Notes: generated from the sequence alone by a model not told the origin. DNA of 64,000 bases from Eledone cirrhosa (GCA_964016885.1 OZ024765.1:868001-932000); one strand, 5' to 3'; positions 14,587 to 32,689 are shown, counted from the stretch's first letter. Numbers and translations are program-made.

Positions 14587-14702
14587 ATATGTATGTATCC
14601 CCACCCCACACTCTCAAGTGTGAAACTAATAATAACATTTGTACTGCCTCTTTGCTTCTACGTTTTTTGTTTTCTGTTTACTGTCTCAACATTAAAATAT
14701 AT

Positions 14703-14937
<235 letters not shown>

Positions 14938-14945
14938 CATACATA

Positions 14946-15247
<302 letters not shown>

Positions 15248-15260
15248 CATATATATATAT

Positions 15261-15395
<135 letters not shown>

Positions 15396-15424
15396 CATGT
15401 ATATATATATATATACATGTATAT

Positions 15425-15840
15425 AGTAACGAAATATAAGTCAATTGCATGAACTCATAATCCTTTATTTACTGCTATATATATTTCGATGATAGCCATT
15501 GAATGGCTATGACCTCATCAGGCAGTTAGTCAGTTCTTAGATATGCCAGCTCTGTGTTTATAATATTGATGGTATGAGAGCCTTGGGACATATGAGCTTG
15601 TTATGAATAATTTAATGTTGTCAGCAGGAATAGTCTTAATTCTCATTGGTCAGTTTGTAGATGGTAGTAGGGTTGGTATTTGACCTCAAAGAGGCAGGTG
15701 GTGTTGTAAAGTTCAAACCGTCAGGCAAGATGACAATAGTTCCATATGACTGATTTTCATAAAAAGCATTCCTGGTTAGATATATATTCAATTAAGGTTA
15801 ATAGTATGAAATAGATACTACAGGTCATTCTTAAATTGAG
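15425..15840 (-). mobile_element. PLE 3' remnant: GIY-YIG C-terminal-like peptide, 3' region and hammerhead
   Basis: Minus frame ..NAFYENQSYGTIVILPDGLN.. (PDGLN at ~15711-15725) resembles the P.GLN motif that ends PLE GIY-YIG domains. 15484-15559 matches 48422-48498. Confidence 0.65.
15471..15526 (-). ncRNA. Minimal type I hammerhead ribozyme
   Basis: actgc-CTGATGA-ggtcatagccattcaatggctatcatc-GAAA-t-atat-a-TA-gcagt: perfect 5-bp stem I, long stem II and palindromic AUAU loop 3. Confidence 0.9.
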
Positions 15841-15861
15841 GAATTTATATATATATATAAA

Positions 15862-16050
15862 TAATGTATAAAAATCAATACAATATAATTACCTCATTAC
15901 CAGAGGTTTCCCGAATGAGGCGAATACGAAAGAAACGTCTTCATTCGTTCGTCAGACGAAGCAATATAAAACATGGATAAATACTTGGAAAGTCTCATCG
16001 GGAAACCTCTGGTAATGAGGTAATTATATTGTATTGATTTTTATACATTA
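15862..16050. mobile_element. Fold-back PLE-like remnant, ~52 bp near-perfect arms
   Basis: taatgtataaaaatcaatacaatataattacctcattaccagaggtttcccga and its reverse complement at 15998-16050. Confidence 0.85.
15891..15962 (-). ncRNA. Type I hammerhead ribozyme
   Basis: gcttcgt-CTGACGA-acgaatga..tcattcgg-GAAA-cc-tct-gg-TA-atgaggt. Stem I is 7 bp with G-U pairs; stem II is cgaatga/tcattcg. Confidence 0.8.
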
Positions 16051-16121
16051 AATTTTGCTCTGGTACTTACATAGAGCTCTCTTCATTTCTATGACCTTTT
16101 CTGTTTTCAACGGAAATTTCA

Positions 16122-16186
<65 letters not shown>

Positions 16187-16669
16187 TACATATATATATA
16201 TATATATGCAGTTACGAGGCCCAAATAATGGGCCTCAATTTGTCCTAAATTTGGAACTGGCCCCCCCCCCCGGGGTGATAATGGTGGTGGTGGTGGTGAT
16301 GATGATTGTGGTTGTGGTGGTGGTGATGGTGGTGATGCTGATGTTTGTTCAGTCAACCGGATGTTTAAACAGGTCTATATATCCTGAAATTTATTGTTTG
16401 TTTAGAGAAGTTCAGTAATTCAACGAATTTTTAAAATGGTGGTTGTGTTTGTGGTGGTGGTGGTGTTTCTGGTGGTGGTGGTGGTGGTGGTGTTTGTGGT
16501 GGTGGTGGTGGTGTTTGTGGCGGTTGTATTGGTGTTGCTGGTGCTGATTATAGTTGTGGTGATGGGGGGAGCTGGCGGTGGTGGTGGTGATGGACATTAC
16601 GAACTGGGGTCGATTTAATCGACTTTCCCGTTTCCCTTCCAAATTGTTGGAATTTTGCCTAAATCAGAA

Positions 16670-17200
16670 ACCAGTCGGACACCATACTTTGCAGCATAGA
16701 GTTATGGCTCTTTACAGTCTGATTTCAAATCCTGCCAAGGTTAGCTTTACCTTTCATCCTCAGCTGGTCTATAAAATAAAGTACCAGTAATGCACTGGGG
16801 TCGATTGAGATGACTTATCACTTCCCTTCAAATTGCTCGCTTTTTGCCAAAAATAGAAAGAATTATTATTATTAACAGGGTGGATTGGCAGGATCGTTAG
16901 AGGGTCGCCATGTTTTGCAGCATAGAGTAATGGCCCTTTACGGTCTGCGGTCAAATCCTGCCGAGGCTAACTTTGCCTTTCATCCTTACGGGGTCGATAA
17001 AATAAAGTACCAGTAATACACTGGGGTTATTGCTGGCCTTGTGCCAAAAGTAGAAACAATTATTACAGGTTGATGAAATAAAGTACCAGTAATACACTGA
17101 GGTAGATTTAATACTCCCCCCCCCCCTCCCTTGCTTCGTCCCCCACCCCACCCAAAAAAAGAAATTTCCTGGCCTTGTTCATTAATCAGAAACTATTATC
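16670..17200 (+). mobile_element. Cluster of SINE family A copies (about 16670-16870, 16878-17064, tail fragment to ~17200)
   Basis: Repeated caaatcctgcc..ctttcatcct..ataaaataaagtaccagtaat..cactgggg..tgtgccaaaagtagaaac. Confidence 0.85.
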
Positions 17201-17737
17201 AAAGATTGTAGAATCATTTCTAAAGAATTCTTTGCCTTTTTAATTACCAGACGCCATATTTCGCAGCCAATCAAGACCTAATTTTACAAATTACTGACAC
17301 ATTTTAACTGTTTGTTTGTTAGCTTGAGGTGGGGGAAGGATGGGGTACGTAATGGGAGAGGTGGGGAAGGGGTAGATAGGGGGAGGTGGGGAAGGGGTAG
17401 ATAGGGGGAGAGGTGGGGGAGGGGTAGATAGGGTAGAGGTGGAACGGAAGGGAATGGAAGGGGGAGGGTGGGGACGGAGTGGAGGGGGAAGGAAAGGGTT
17501 GTTGTTTTTTTTGAAATATTTCCCATAGAAATATTTCAGGTTTGGAAATTGTTCAAGAATTTTTTTAATTTTTCGTTGTTGTTGTTGTTGTTTTTGAACA
17601 ACAACATCAACATAGACACACACACAACATTCACACATACACACACACAGCCTGAACACACATGCATAGATATACACCCAAACACACATACACAGCGGCA
17701 ATACAAACACAGATAGCATTTACAGACAGCCTCAACA

Positions 17738-17779
<42 letters not shown>

Positions 17780-18274
17780 TGCATACATACATATACACAC
17801 AGCCTCAACACATATACACACACACACACAGATGCATACATACATATACACACAGCCTCAACACACACACAGATGCATACATACATATACACACAGCCTC
17901 AACACATACACACACACAGATACATACATACATATACACACAGCCACAACTTCAATACACATACACACACACAGATGCATATATATATATATATACACAC
18001 AGCTTCAATACATACACACACACACACACAGATGCATACATACATATACACAGCTTCAACACATATACACAAACATTCGTTTCAGTAGATTTTTTTTAAA
18101 TCTTCGTTTTGTTGATTTTTTTTTTAATTTATCATTTTATCTCTTTTTATATTTATATATATATTTTGTATATTATATACTTTTATATATATATATCATA
18201 TATTTTATATATATTTTATATTTATTTTATATTTCTTATATTATATATTTTTTATATATTTTATATTTATTTTA

Positions 18275-18342
<68 letters not shown>

Positions 18343-18356
18343 TATATTCTCTCTAT

Positions 18357-18391
<35 letters not shown>

Positions 18392-18695
18392 CTATTTATT
18401 TCTTTTATGTATTGTTCAGTTGTATGGTTTTCCTATTTACGGTTAATTTAAAATGAAATCTATTCTTTAATGTAATAAATCTGATTTAATTTGTGAGATA
18501 ATCTCTTACTTTGCTGTTAGCTGACGTTACAGTTGTATATATATATATGTCTCTGTGTATGTATGTATGTGTATATATATGTACATATAGGTATATATAT
18601 ATATATACTGATATATATAAGTGTGTGTATGTGCGTATATATATGTGTGTGTATGTGTGTGTCTATGTTCATATATAGGTATATATAAGTGCGTG

Positions 18696-18730
<35 letters not shown>

Positions 18731-18758
18731 GTATATATATATATATATATATATATAT

Positions 18759-18789
<31 letters not shown>

Positions 18790-19284
18790 GTGTGTGAGTA
18801 TATATATAGTTGTGTAACTATAAGTTCATCTAAATTACTACACAACTCTGGAAAAAATAAAAAATAACGAAACGTGTTTTACATTTCGGAACTTTTTCCT
18901 TTATCAAAAATGAGCAGAAGAAAAAAGGTTAAAATAAAGAACAACTAAAGAAATGAACAGTTAATGAAAAGAAGATGGTGTGAGTAGTAGTATTATATGT
19001 ATAGATAGATTCGTGTTATTGTGTTGAATAGATGTGATGAAAATACACCTGGCTTTCAGGTAAAAACAGACGAGTAAAATATCACTGAATAGATAGATCA
19101 GGTCCTGACTTGCTTAAGGCCTCTCGACTAGATACACTGTAGGAACTCTCCTGGGTCTCTCCCTCTCTCTCTCTCACTCACACACACACTATCTCTCTCT
19201 CTCTTTCTCTGCCTCTCTCTTTGTCTCTCACCATCTCTCTCTCTCTGTCTCTCTCTCCCTCTCTCTCTCCATCTCTCTCTCTAT

Positions 19285-19324
<40 letters not shown>

Positions 19325-19411
19325 ATCCCCCTCTCCTTATATACATATATATGTGTGTGTGTGTCTGTGTGTATATATATATGCGTGTGTGTGTGTGTGT
19401 CTATATATATG

Positions 19412-19490
<79 letters not shown>

Positions 19491-19559
19491 ATGTGTGTGT
19501 GTGTATCAATAGTCCTATACACACCGATTGAATCATCTATTGATTCCATATGCACACAT

Positions 19560-20114
19560 CAGAAATAATTGTGCACAGATGCTGCTAACGATCGGTGCAA
19601 CTGTTGCTGTTACTGCGCATGTCACAAGTGCAACCGATGCAGTTGCTGCTAGTGCTTTTGTTGTTGCGGTTGTTGTTGTGGTTGGTGTTGTTGGTGTTAC
19701 TGTTGTTGTTGTGGTTGGTGTTGTTGTGGTTGGTGTTGTTGTTGTGGTTGTGGTTGGTGTTGTTGTTGTGGTTGGTGTTGTTGTTGTTGTGGTTGGTGTT
19801 GTTGCTGTGGTTGTTGTTGTTAACCATTGCTGTCAGCTGCCAACACTAAAATAGTTTTTGGTGTTCTTGTTGTTGTTGTTGTTGGTGGTGGTGGAAGTCA
19901 TGTTGTTGGTGTTGTTGTTGTTAATCGTGGTGTTGGTACTGGTGATGATGGTCGAGGTGGTGGTGGTCGAGGTGGTGGTGGTTGAGGTGGTGGTGGTCGA
20001 GGTGGTGGTGGTCGAGGTGGTGGTGGTCGAGGTGGTGGTGATATTTATCTTGTTTTTGCTTGCTACCGTTATTGGTGATGTTGCAGTTACTGTTATTTTT
20101 GTTGTTGCTGTTGT

Positions 20115-20147
<33 letters not shown>

Positions 20148-20225
20148 CGTTGGTGTTGTTGCTGTTGTTGTTGTTGTTGTTGCTGTTGCTGTTGTCGTTG
20201 GTGTTGGTGTTGTTGTTGTTGTTGT
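19560..20225. repeat. Degenerate (GTT/GGT)n trinucleotide region
   Basis: Visible GTT/GTG runs and a 15-bp gtcgaggtggtggtg unit at ~19951-20040. Confidence 0.9.
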
Positions 20226-20333
20226 ACGAACTGAAATTTCTGTAGATTCTTGCCAATTGCATCATATTTTACACGTTGAAGTGAGAAGGTGATCGCGGCA
20301 GTGTGATAGAACTTGCGCTCAGCTGCACAGACG

Positions 20334-20371
<38 letters not shown>

Positions 20372-20464
20372 GTATATATGTATATATATATATATATGTA
20401 TATATGTATATATGTGTATATATATATATATATAAGGAGAAAGATAATATAAAAAACCCACCTG

Positions 20465-20509
<45 letters not shown>

Positions 20510-20635
20510 AGAGGGAACTTTTTCCACAGATATATACATATACACACACACAAATATATATATATATGTGTGTGTGTGAATATATACATAAACACATCAA
20601 AACAGTCAGTTTTGTAAATATATATATATATATAG

Positions 20636-20703
<68 letters not shown>

Positions 20704-20785
20704 ATATCCATATATAGGCACGTGTGTGTATGAGTGCAAGCATGTGCCTATACAAGCATATACCCATATATATATATATATATGT

Positions 20786-20824
<39 letters not shown>

Positions 20825-21039
20825 GTATATATATATATATGTGTATACATATATATATATATATATATTATATATGTATACATGTATATGTATATATATA
20901 TATGTATACATGTATACATGTATATGTATACATATATATATATATATATGTGTATACATATATATATATATATATATATATATGTATACATGTATATGTA
21001 TATATATATATATATGTATACATGTATACATGTATATGT

Positions 21040-21077
<38 letters not shown>

Positions 21078-21082
21078 ATACA

Positions 21083-21114
<32 letters not shown>

Positions 21115-21587
21115 CATACATAATTATGTGTGTAAGCATGTAAGTGTGTTTCTGTGTGCGCGTCTGAATGTGTATGTGTGCGCATGTGCGTATAGTGCTC
21201 TTATAGTCAGGCGGTATTAAACATGTTATCGTGTCATTAAGGTAATTTTGTCAGATATTTTATTAAGAAAATCGATAAAAATAAGAATTTTTAGGAGCAC
21301 CAGTTTCAAATAGGTACTGAAAGAAATCGATAGCTACTAAATGACATTTTTGTATAATAAAAAATAAACATGCAGCGTTTGAAGAGGGTGCTCCAGCAAG
21401 GCCTGAGCATAGTTAGTGATTGAAAGCAGTAAAAGCAGACATCAAACGAGAACAAAAGAGTTTCATCAAAGGGAGGCGAATGATATTGGAATGTTTGATA
21501 GAAAAGAGGACTTCCGGTTCGTCAGCGAAGATATGTCCGGCGAATCAGTGATGATATCTCTGCTGGTGTATATATGTATATATATAG

Positions 21588-21641
<54 letters not shown>

Positions 21642-21836
21642 AGAGAGAGATGTATATATGTATAGAGATAGATATATATATATAGATGTATATATACATA
21701 TATATATAGATCGATGTATATATATATATACATATATATATATGTATATATATATATAGATATATAGATATATGTATGTATGTATATATACTTATATATA
21801 TGTATATATACTTATATATATATATATATATACCTG

Positions 21837-21876
<40 letters not shown>

Positions 21877-21886
21877 CACACATATA

Positions 21887-21932
<46 letters not shown>

Positions 21933-22238
21933 TACATACTCACAAAAGGCATATGTGAATTCATACATACACGTCCCCATATATACACACATATATCCAC
22001 ACATATATATATACCCATATACACATATATACACACATATATATATCCATATACATATCCACATTGTATTTATGCACCAGACTGGAAAACATGAAAAATT
22101 ATATATGTACTGTACATATTATCGATGAGTTAAGTTCTAAATAATTCGATCTATTGATAGATCAAATATTTTTCTAACTTGAAAAGATCATACACGGGAG
22201 GTGGGTGTGGGTCGTGTAATATATTCTACTCTTTATAT

Positions 22239-26718
<4,480 letters not shown>

Positions 26719-26756
26719 CATGATTGTGTTCTTTTATATACAATAAATAATAAGAT

Positions 26757-26810
26757 GAGCAAGACACTTTATTTGACGTTGCTCCAGTTTACTCAGCTGC
26801 AGAAATGAGA
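26757..26810 (+). mobile_element. SINE family B core fragment
   Basis: gagcaagacactttatttgacgttgctccag matches the reverse complement of ~39139-39168. Confidence 0.65.
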
Positions 26811-26934
26811 TGATATGACTGGGGTCCCTCTCATTAAATTACCCAAGGCACCTGCAACGAAATACACTTGGGGGAGGCCAGCTAAACCTGCATAGGTGTG
26901 AGCTGTCACAAACTCACACACACACACACACATG

Positions 26935-27545
26935 TGGGGATTTTTTTTTAAGTATTTCATTTTTACGAGTATTGGAGGCCCCAAGAAATATATATTTTTA
27001 CATCTTTGGGCCGGGTAGTAAAGGGAAAGAAACCAGTTCTTTTGTAAGAAATGTTGGGTCCTAAATTAAACATATTTTTTACGTATGATAACCATGTGAG
27101 GATGCTATTTTGTAAGAATATTGGAGGCCCAAACTCAAACATGTCGTTACATTTCGTGGCTGGATGGTGACGGTGTTAAAAGCAGTCCTTTATTTGGATA
27201 TTTGGGGGTTCTAAGCAAACCATGTCCTCACAACTCTTATCTGGGATGTGAAGGGACAAAAACCAGTTCTTTTGCTGGAGCATTGGGGGGGGGGCACAGA
27301 TTATATATATCCTTACACCTTATGGCCATGTGGGGATATTGTTAAAACCAGTTTTTTTGTAGGAGCATTGAAGGCCTCACATGTCCTCACATGTGGTGAG
27401 GGGGAGAAAAAAGCCAGTTTTTATAGGATGTGGGAGGGGCAGTGAAGGCCGAAAGCAAACCACATCTTCACATCTCATGGTTGCGCATGGTCAAGTGGTG
27501 AGAGGAAGAAAACCAGTTCTTTTGTTGGGGGCACTGAGGCTTAAC
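26935..27545. repeat. Diverged tandem array, ~60-100 bp units with conserved AAAACCAGTTCTTTTG motif
   Basis: Motif or variant near 27030, 27105, 27178, 27258, 27345, 27410 and 27509, each followed by g(g)ag/cattgg-like and catgtcctcaca-like blocks. Confidence 0.7.
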
Positions 27546-28050
27546 TAGAATATATAATATACTCGTCTGTCATATGGTTGTTTATTTAAGTAGTTTATTT
27601 AAGTAGTCGATAGATTGATTATTGTTCGTGTCTGGGAGGACGAACAGGTGGTGAGGGGGAATCAAGCTTTTTAGCCCTCTGTCTGTTTGAATGTCTATTG
27701 ATCTATCTATCTATCTAACTATCTCTATATTTATCTTATCTTATATATTTATATCTTATATATTTATATATATATATATAAAGAAATATATCTATATATA
27801 TATATGTCTATCTATCTATCTATCTATATATATTTTTACACGACTGTATGTAAAATCCCCGGCATGTCTTTAAAGAAATCTATCTATATATATATATATA
27901 ATCGACTAACTTTTTAAATTCCATCTGTGATAACATTTTACACGTTTTTATTGTATGTAAACTTCCCCCTTTGTATTTGTCCCCTTCTTTTGTGCCCATG
28001 TGGCTAATAAAGAAATATATCTATCTATATATATATAGATAGATATATAT

Positions 28051-28962
28051 CGTCATTCTATAGAGGGCTGGTGGTTAGCAGGTGCGACGACGCCCTCGGA
28101 GAAGCCCTAGGCATGGAGGAAGACGAACTGGCCAACCTGTTCGGTAGGACATTCAGCCCGGGACCCATGGATAACTTCCAGAGGTCCCTGGCCTGGCAAT
28201 ACTACAGAAGGGCTCTGCCCGTTCGAGAAAGGCTCTACAGACACGGGCGCCCGGGTAGGGACCCATCGAAAAAGATCTGTCCCAGATGCGTGTGCGACGA
28301 GGAAACCGTTGCACACGCATTGGTACACTGCTCGGGCATTGCCGATCTGTGGGGCTATGTCGAACAACTGCTGTCAAGGGTGGGACCGATCCGGTTGACC
28401 ACCGAGTCTATTGTAACGATCAAGCCGCCTCCCCTCTTCAAAAACGAAGGAGAGGCGGTGTTTCTGTGCGTAATAGCCATGGCGAAAGAGGTTGTATGGT
28501 GGACGCGTCTGAAAGGACTGAGGTCAGACACCTTTCTCTCTGGCCAACAACTGGTCCGTTTCTTCCGATATCATTTCGGAAGAAGGATCAGGATGGAGAG
28601 AGAGGTGCTGCACCCCAGCCGTTTCTATGAAAGATGGGTGAAAGTGGCGAGAATGGCCCGTGTGAATGGGCTTTCACTCTACATCAGACTATAGGTGAGG
28701 AAGATGAAAGACCAAGGGAGCACCCCTTCTCTGTGCTCCTGAGGAGAAGGGTTGCACACTTTTTTCGGGGGTGTGTGCGACCCCCCAAGGCGCCTCCTCT
28801 CTATTGAGGACTTTGTTATAAATTTTATTTTTTGTTATATTTTATTTTATTTTTATATATTGTTATTGCCTCCTCCTTATTGAGGACGCCTTGTTTTGTA
28901 AACTCCCCCCCCCCCATTGTACTTGTCCCACTTTTGATGCCCTGTTGGCAAATAAAAGAAAC
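28051..28962 (+). mobile_element. Tx1/L1-clade LINE 3' fragment (zf-RVT region and 3' UTR)
   Basis: ORF 28071-28694 contains FQRSLAW..LPVRERLYRHG..CPRC..EETVAHALVHC (CCHC, zf-RVT-like); 3' UTR ends aataaaagaaa. Homologues at 40, 44.7 and 58.5 kb. Confidence 0.9.
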
Positions 28963-29288
28963 ATATATATATATATATATATATATAAAGAAATATATCT
29001 ATATATATATATATATATATGTCTATCTATATATATATATATATATATATATAAAGAAATATATCTATATATATATATATATATATATATGTCTATCTAT
29101 ATATATATATATATATATGTGTGTGTCTATCTATCTATCTACCTGCATGTCTAAGCATGTATGTATGAATGTATGTGCGTATGTATATATATATGTGTGT
29201 GCACAAGTATATATTGATCTCTATATATATGTGTGTGTATATTTGTATATGTATATATATATATCCATCCATCCCTCTCTCTCTCTCA

Positions 29289-29366
29289 CAGAGTGTCCCA
29301 AAAAATCTATGCACACTTCAACAGCTTTCTAATAAATATGTGTATTCATTCTTTTGTGACACCTTG
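29289..29366. mobile_element. Tc1/mariner-type MITE, diverged
   Basis: cagagtgtccc...gacaccttg termini; internal cacacttcaa..ttctaataaata shared with 36504-36604. Confidence 0.65.
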
Positions 29367-29432
29367 AATGTGTATGTATATATATATTTATATATATATA
29401 TGTATATATATGTATATATACATATACATACA

Positions 29433-29464
<32 letters not shown>

Positions 29465-30041
29465 CACCCAGGTGATAAACAGCATAGAATATATACACAT
29501 ACACATACACATAGACACATACAGACACTCACACCCACTCACAACCACTCACACACACACACCTACACACATACACACACACCTACACACATACACACAC
29601 ACTTACACACACACAAACATAAGTGTTAAACAACACGAAGGAACATAATTTTTAAAAAATACCAAAATATATTCCATCTTAACCCCTAAAACCTTATCAG
29701 GATCCTTGCCAGAGAAGCCAAGGGCTGGGGGAAAACCCCTGACCCCTACTTTGTGCTCCCTAAAGGGCAGGTCAAGACCATTGGCAATTTTTTAGGGAGG
29801 TTATTATTTTGGCTGCCATTTTAAGGGTTTTTGTTATGTTTTTACGTTGTTTTTTTTATTTTTAGGTGTTTTTCTTCAGCTATTTCAACAATAGCCAATA
29901 AGATGTGATCGAATTATCGATTAGGACACGTGTAATTGGAAACAAAGAGAGATGTGTGTGTGGTTGTGTGTTATATCTATATGTTTATATGTATGTATAT
30001 GCATCTTTATGTATGTATATATATATACATATACATATATG

Positions 30042-30072
<31 letters not shown>

Positions 30073-30628
30073 TACATATATACTACATATATATATATAT
30101 ATTATATACTACATATATATATATATATTATATACTACATATATATATATAATTTACACATATATATATATATATAATTTACACATATACATATATATAT
30201 ATTATATACATATATATATATATATATATATAAACATATATATATATACCCATGTATATATATATATAATATATAATATAATATATATATATATATATAA
30301 AAGTTATACAGTATATTTTTCAATATCTTTTGTAGGTAAGTGTCCTTCCGTTAACTGTCATCCAACAACAACAACAACAACAACAACAACCAGTAAAAAA
30401 CATGGCGGTTCTTGGAGTCTTCAGGATTAACCCTTCTCAAAGCTGGTATATAAATTCTTTCACTTCCCAGTCTTCTATCTTCGACAATCGTTGCTGTGTG
30501 TATTTGGCGTTTATTCTGTTCTATTGCATTGACATTTATTTATCGTGTTCGTCTGTGGTGTATGTGTATGTGTGTGTATGTGTGTGTCTGTGTGTGTATG
30601 TGTGTATATGTATGTGGTGTATACATCC

Positions 30629-30699
<71 letters not shown>

Positions 30700-31099
30700 G
30701 AGAGAGATAAATGTATATATATATATTTATATACGTGGTATATGTGTGTGTGTGTGTTCATGCATAAGTAGTATATATATGTATGTATATATATATGTAT
30801 ATATATATATGTATGTATATATATATATATACAAAATATGTAGTTTAGAAAGCCACAACAATGCAGATGGGAAATCTCGAGGTAAGAAGTGAGTGAGAAA
30901 TAGGAGAAAAGTGAAAATTGAGAGAAACGAAAATGAAAACAAAACAAAGGTAGATGGGTTACCGTAGTGGAGATTTAATCCATATATATACATATATATA
31001 TACATAATATATATATATACATATATATATATATACATATATATATACATAATACATTCAGCACTCACTCATACATACACACACAGAAACACATATACT

Positions 31100-31950
31100 A
31101 TAAAAAAAATATCTAATTCACAAAAGCGATAGGAATGCATGCAAAACACCTTGATCTGACAAGTGCAGACCCTGCAGAATTAACATCGAAGATGTCACCA
31201 TTGTCAGCTATCCAAAGATGTCATCGCGGTACTATTTACCTATGAGGCGTGATGTAGTGGACAAAACACTGTACAATCTGTAGAAAAGATAGCCCCGATA
31301 ATTGTTTCTACTTTTTGGCACAACGTCAGCAAATTAACCAGTGTATTACTGGTACTTGATTTTATCCACCCCGTAAGGATGAAGGGCAAAGTTAACCTCG
31401 GCGGGATTTGAACTCATAATGGAAAAGGCCGTAACTCTTTGCGTCAAAGCATGGCGTCCGACCCTCTACCGATACTGCCAATCCACCGCCTTTATAGCCC
31501 CGATAATAAACACATAAAAGCTACAACAATGTGGAAAACATACATATACATAATATGAAAGAGTACTGGTGGAATGTTCCAGTTAAAACCCCAATAAAAT
31601 GCAGGCATAACAGACCAGATATTATGATATGGGACAGGGAGAAGAAAGCATGCACAGTAGTGGAAGTCAGCTGCCCAGCAGATGCCAATATAATATCAAA
31701 GATTAGCGAAAAGGAGAATATTTATGCAGAACTGATGAGTATTCTACAGATACTCCACCCTGATTACACCTTCAGATTTATGCCTGTGATTATTGGGGCA
31801 CTGGGGTATGTTAGTAACTGCCTCAATACAAATCTTGAGTAGCTAGGCTTCACAGGAACAGAAAGAACACAACTAGTTAGGAAATTACAAGTAAGGTCTA
31901 TTAATAGAACAGTAAAAATATGTAAAACATTCCAGAAATTCTGCCTCTAA
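31100..31950 (+). mobile_element. RLE-endonuclease LINE (R4/Dong/NeSL-like) 3' fragment, decayed and interrupted by a SINE
   Basis: CRPCRINIEDVT..PKMSSRYYLPMR.DVV (zinc knuckle/RH region), then ORF 31531-31842 with NRPDIMIWDREKKACTVVEVSCP..K..Y..PVIIGALG, the PD-(D/E) RLE signature. Confidence 0.85.
31303..31493 (-). mobile_element. Full-length SINE family A with 14-bp target site duplication
   Basis: atagccccgataat at 31289-31302 and 31494-31507; head ggcggtggattggcag (A-box-like) and gagttcaaatccc (B box). Confidence 0.92.
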
Positions 31951-31957
31951 TAACTGC

Positions 31958-32145
31958 ATGGTGGATTGGCAGTATTGGTAGAGGATCGGCCGCCATGCTT
32001 TGCAGCAAAGAGTTACAGCCCTTCATGGTCTGAGTTCAAATCCCGCCGAGGTTAACTTTGCCTTTCATCCTTACGGGGTCGATAAAATAAAGTACCAGTA
32101 ATACACTAGGATAATTGCTGGCCTTGTGCCAATAGTAGAAACAAT
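31958..32145 (+). mobile_element. SINE family A, near full length
   Basis: ggtggattggcagtattggtagag..gagttcaaatcccgccgagg..tgtgccaatagtagaaacaat. Confidence 0.9.
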
Positions 32146-32657
32146 ATACAACATATGTATTGACATAGTAACATATACGTGTGTATATATATACCTCAAA
32201 ACATGCATATCCATACATACAATAACACCCACACATACACACACATACACACACATACACACACATACAGGCTTACATAAGTATTTACAGATTTGATACT
32301 ATCTAAATTCTATCTAAATATATATAAATATCTACATATATATATATATGTATATATGTATATGTATATATATATATGTGTGTGTACATATTAAATATGT
32401 ATGTATATATATATATACACACGTATATATGTGTATATAAATATATATATACATATATATATAATGCATATACATATATATGTATATATATATATCTGTG
32501 TATATATATATATATAGTGGTCAGCAGTGACATTAGACATGTCATGGTGGACAATTCTTCAAAGGAATCACCGTTTCTCTGTCGTATTTCTCTGAGGGAA
32601 GATAGAATTGCGTCAGTACTACAACATCAATTATATATATATATATACCTGTGTATA

Positions 32658-32689
<32 letters not shown>

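Noticed and set aside
15723-15743. miR-31-like 5' sequence aggcaagatg
   Set aside because: Only ~10 nt match, no precursor hairpin seen, and it lies within a PLE remnant.
18860-18915. Hammerhead-like TTGATAA..ggaa..ttcc-GAAA on the minus strand
   Set aside because: Core box and stems I/III too degenerate to support.
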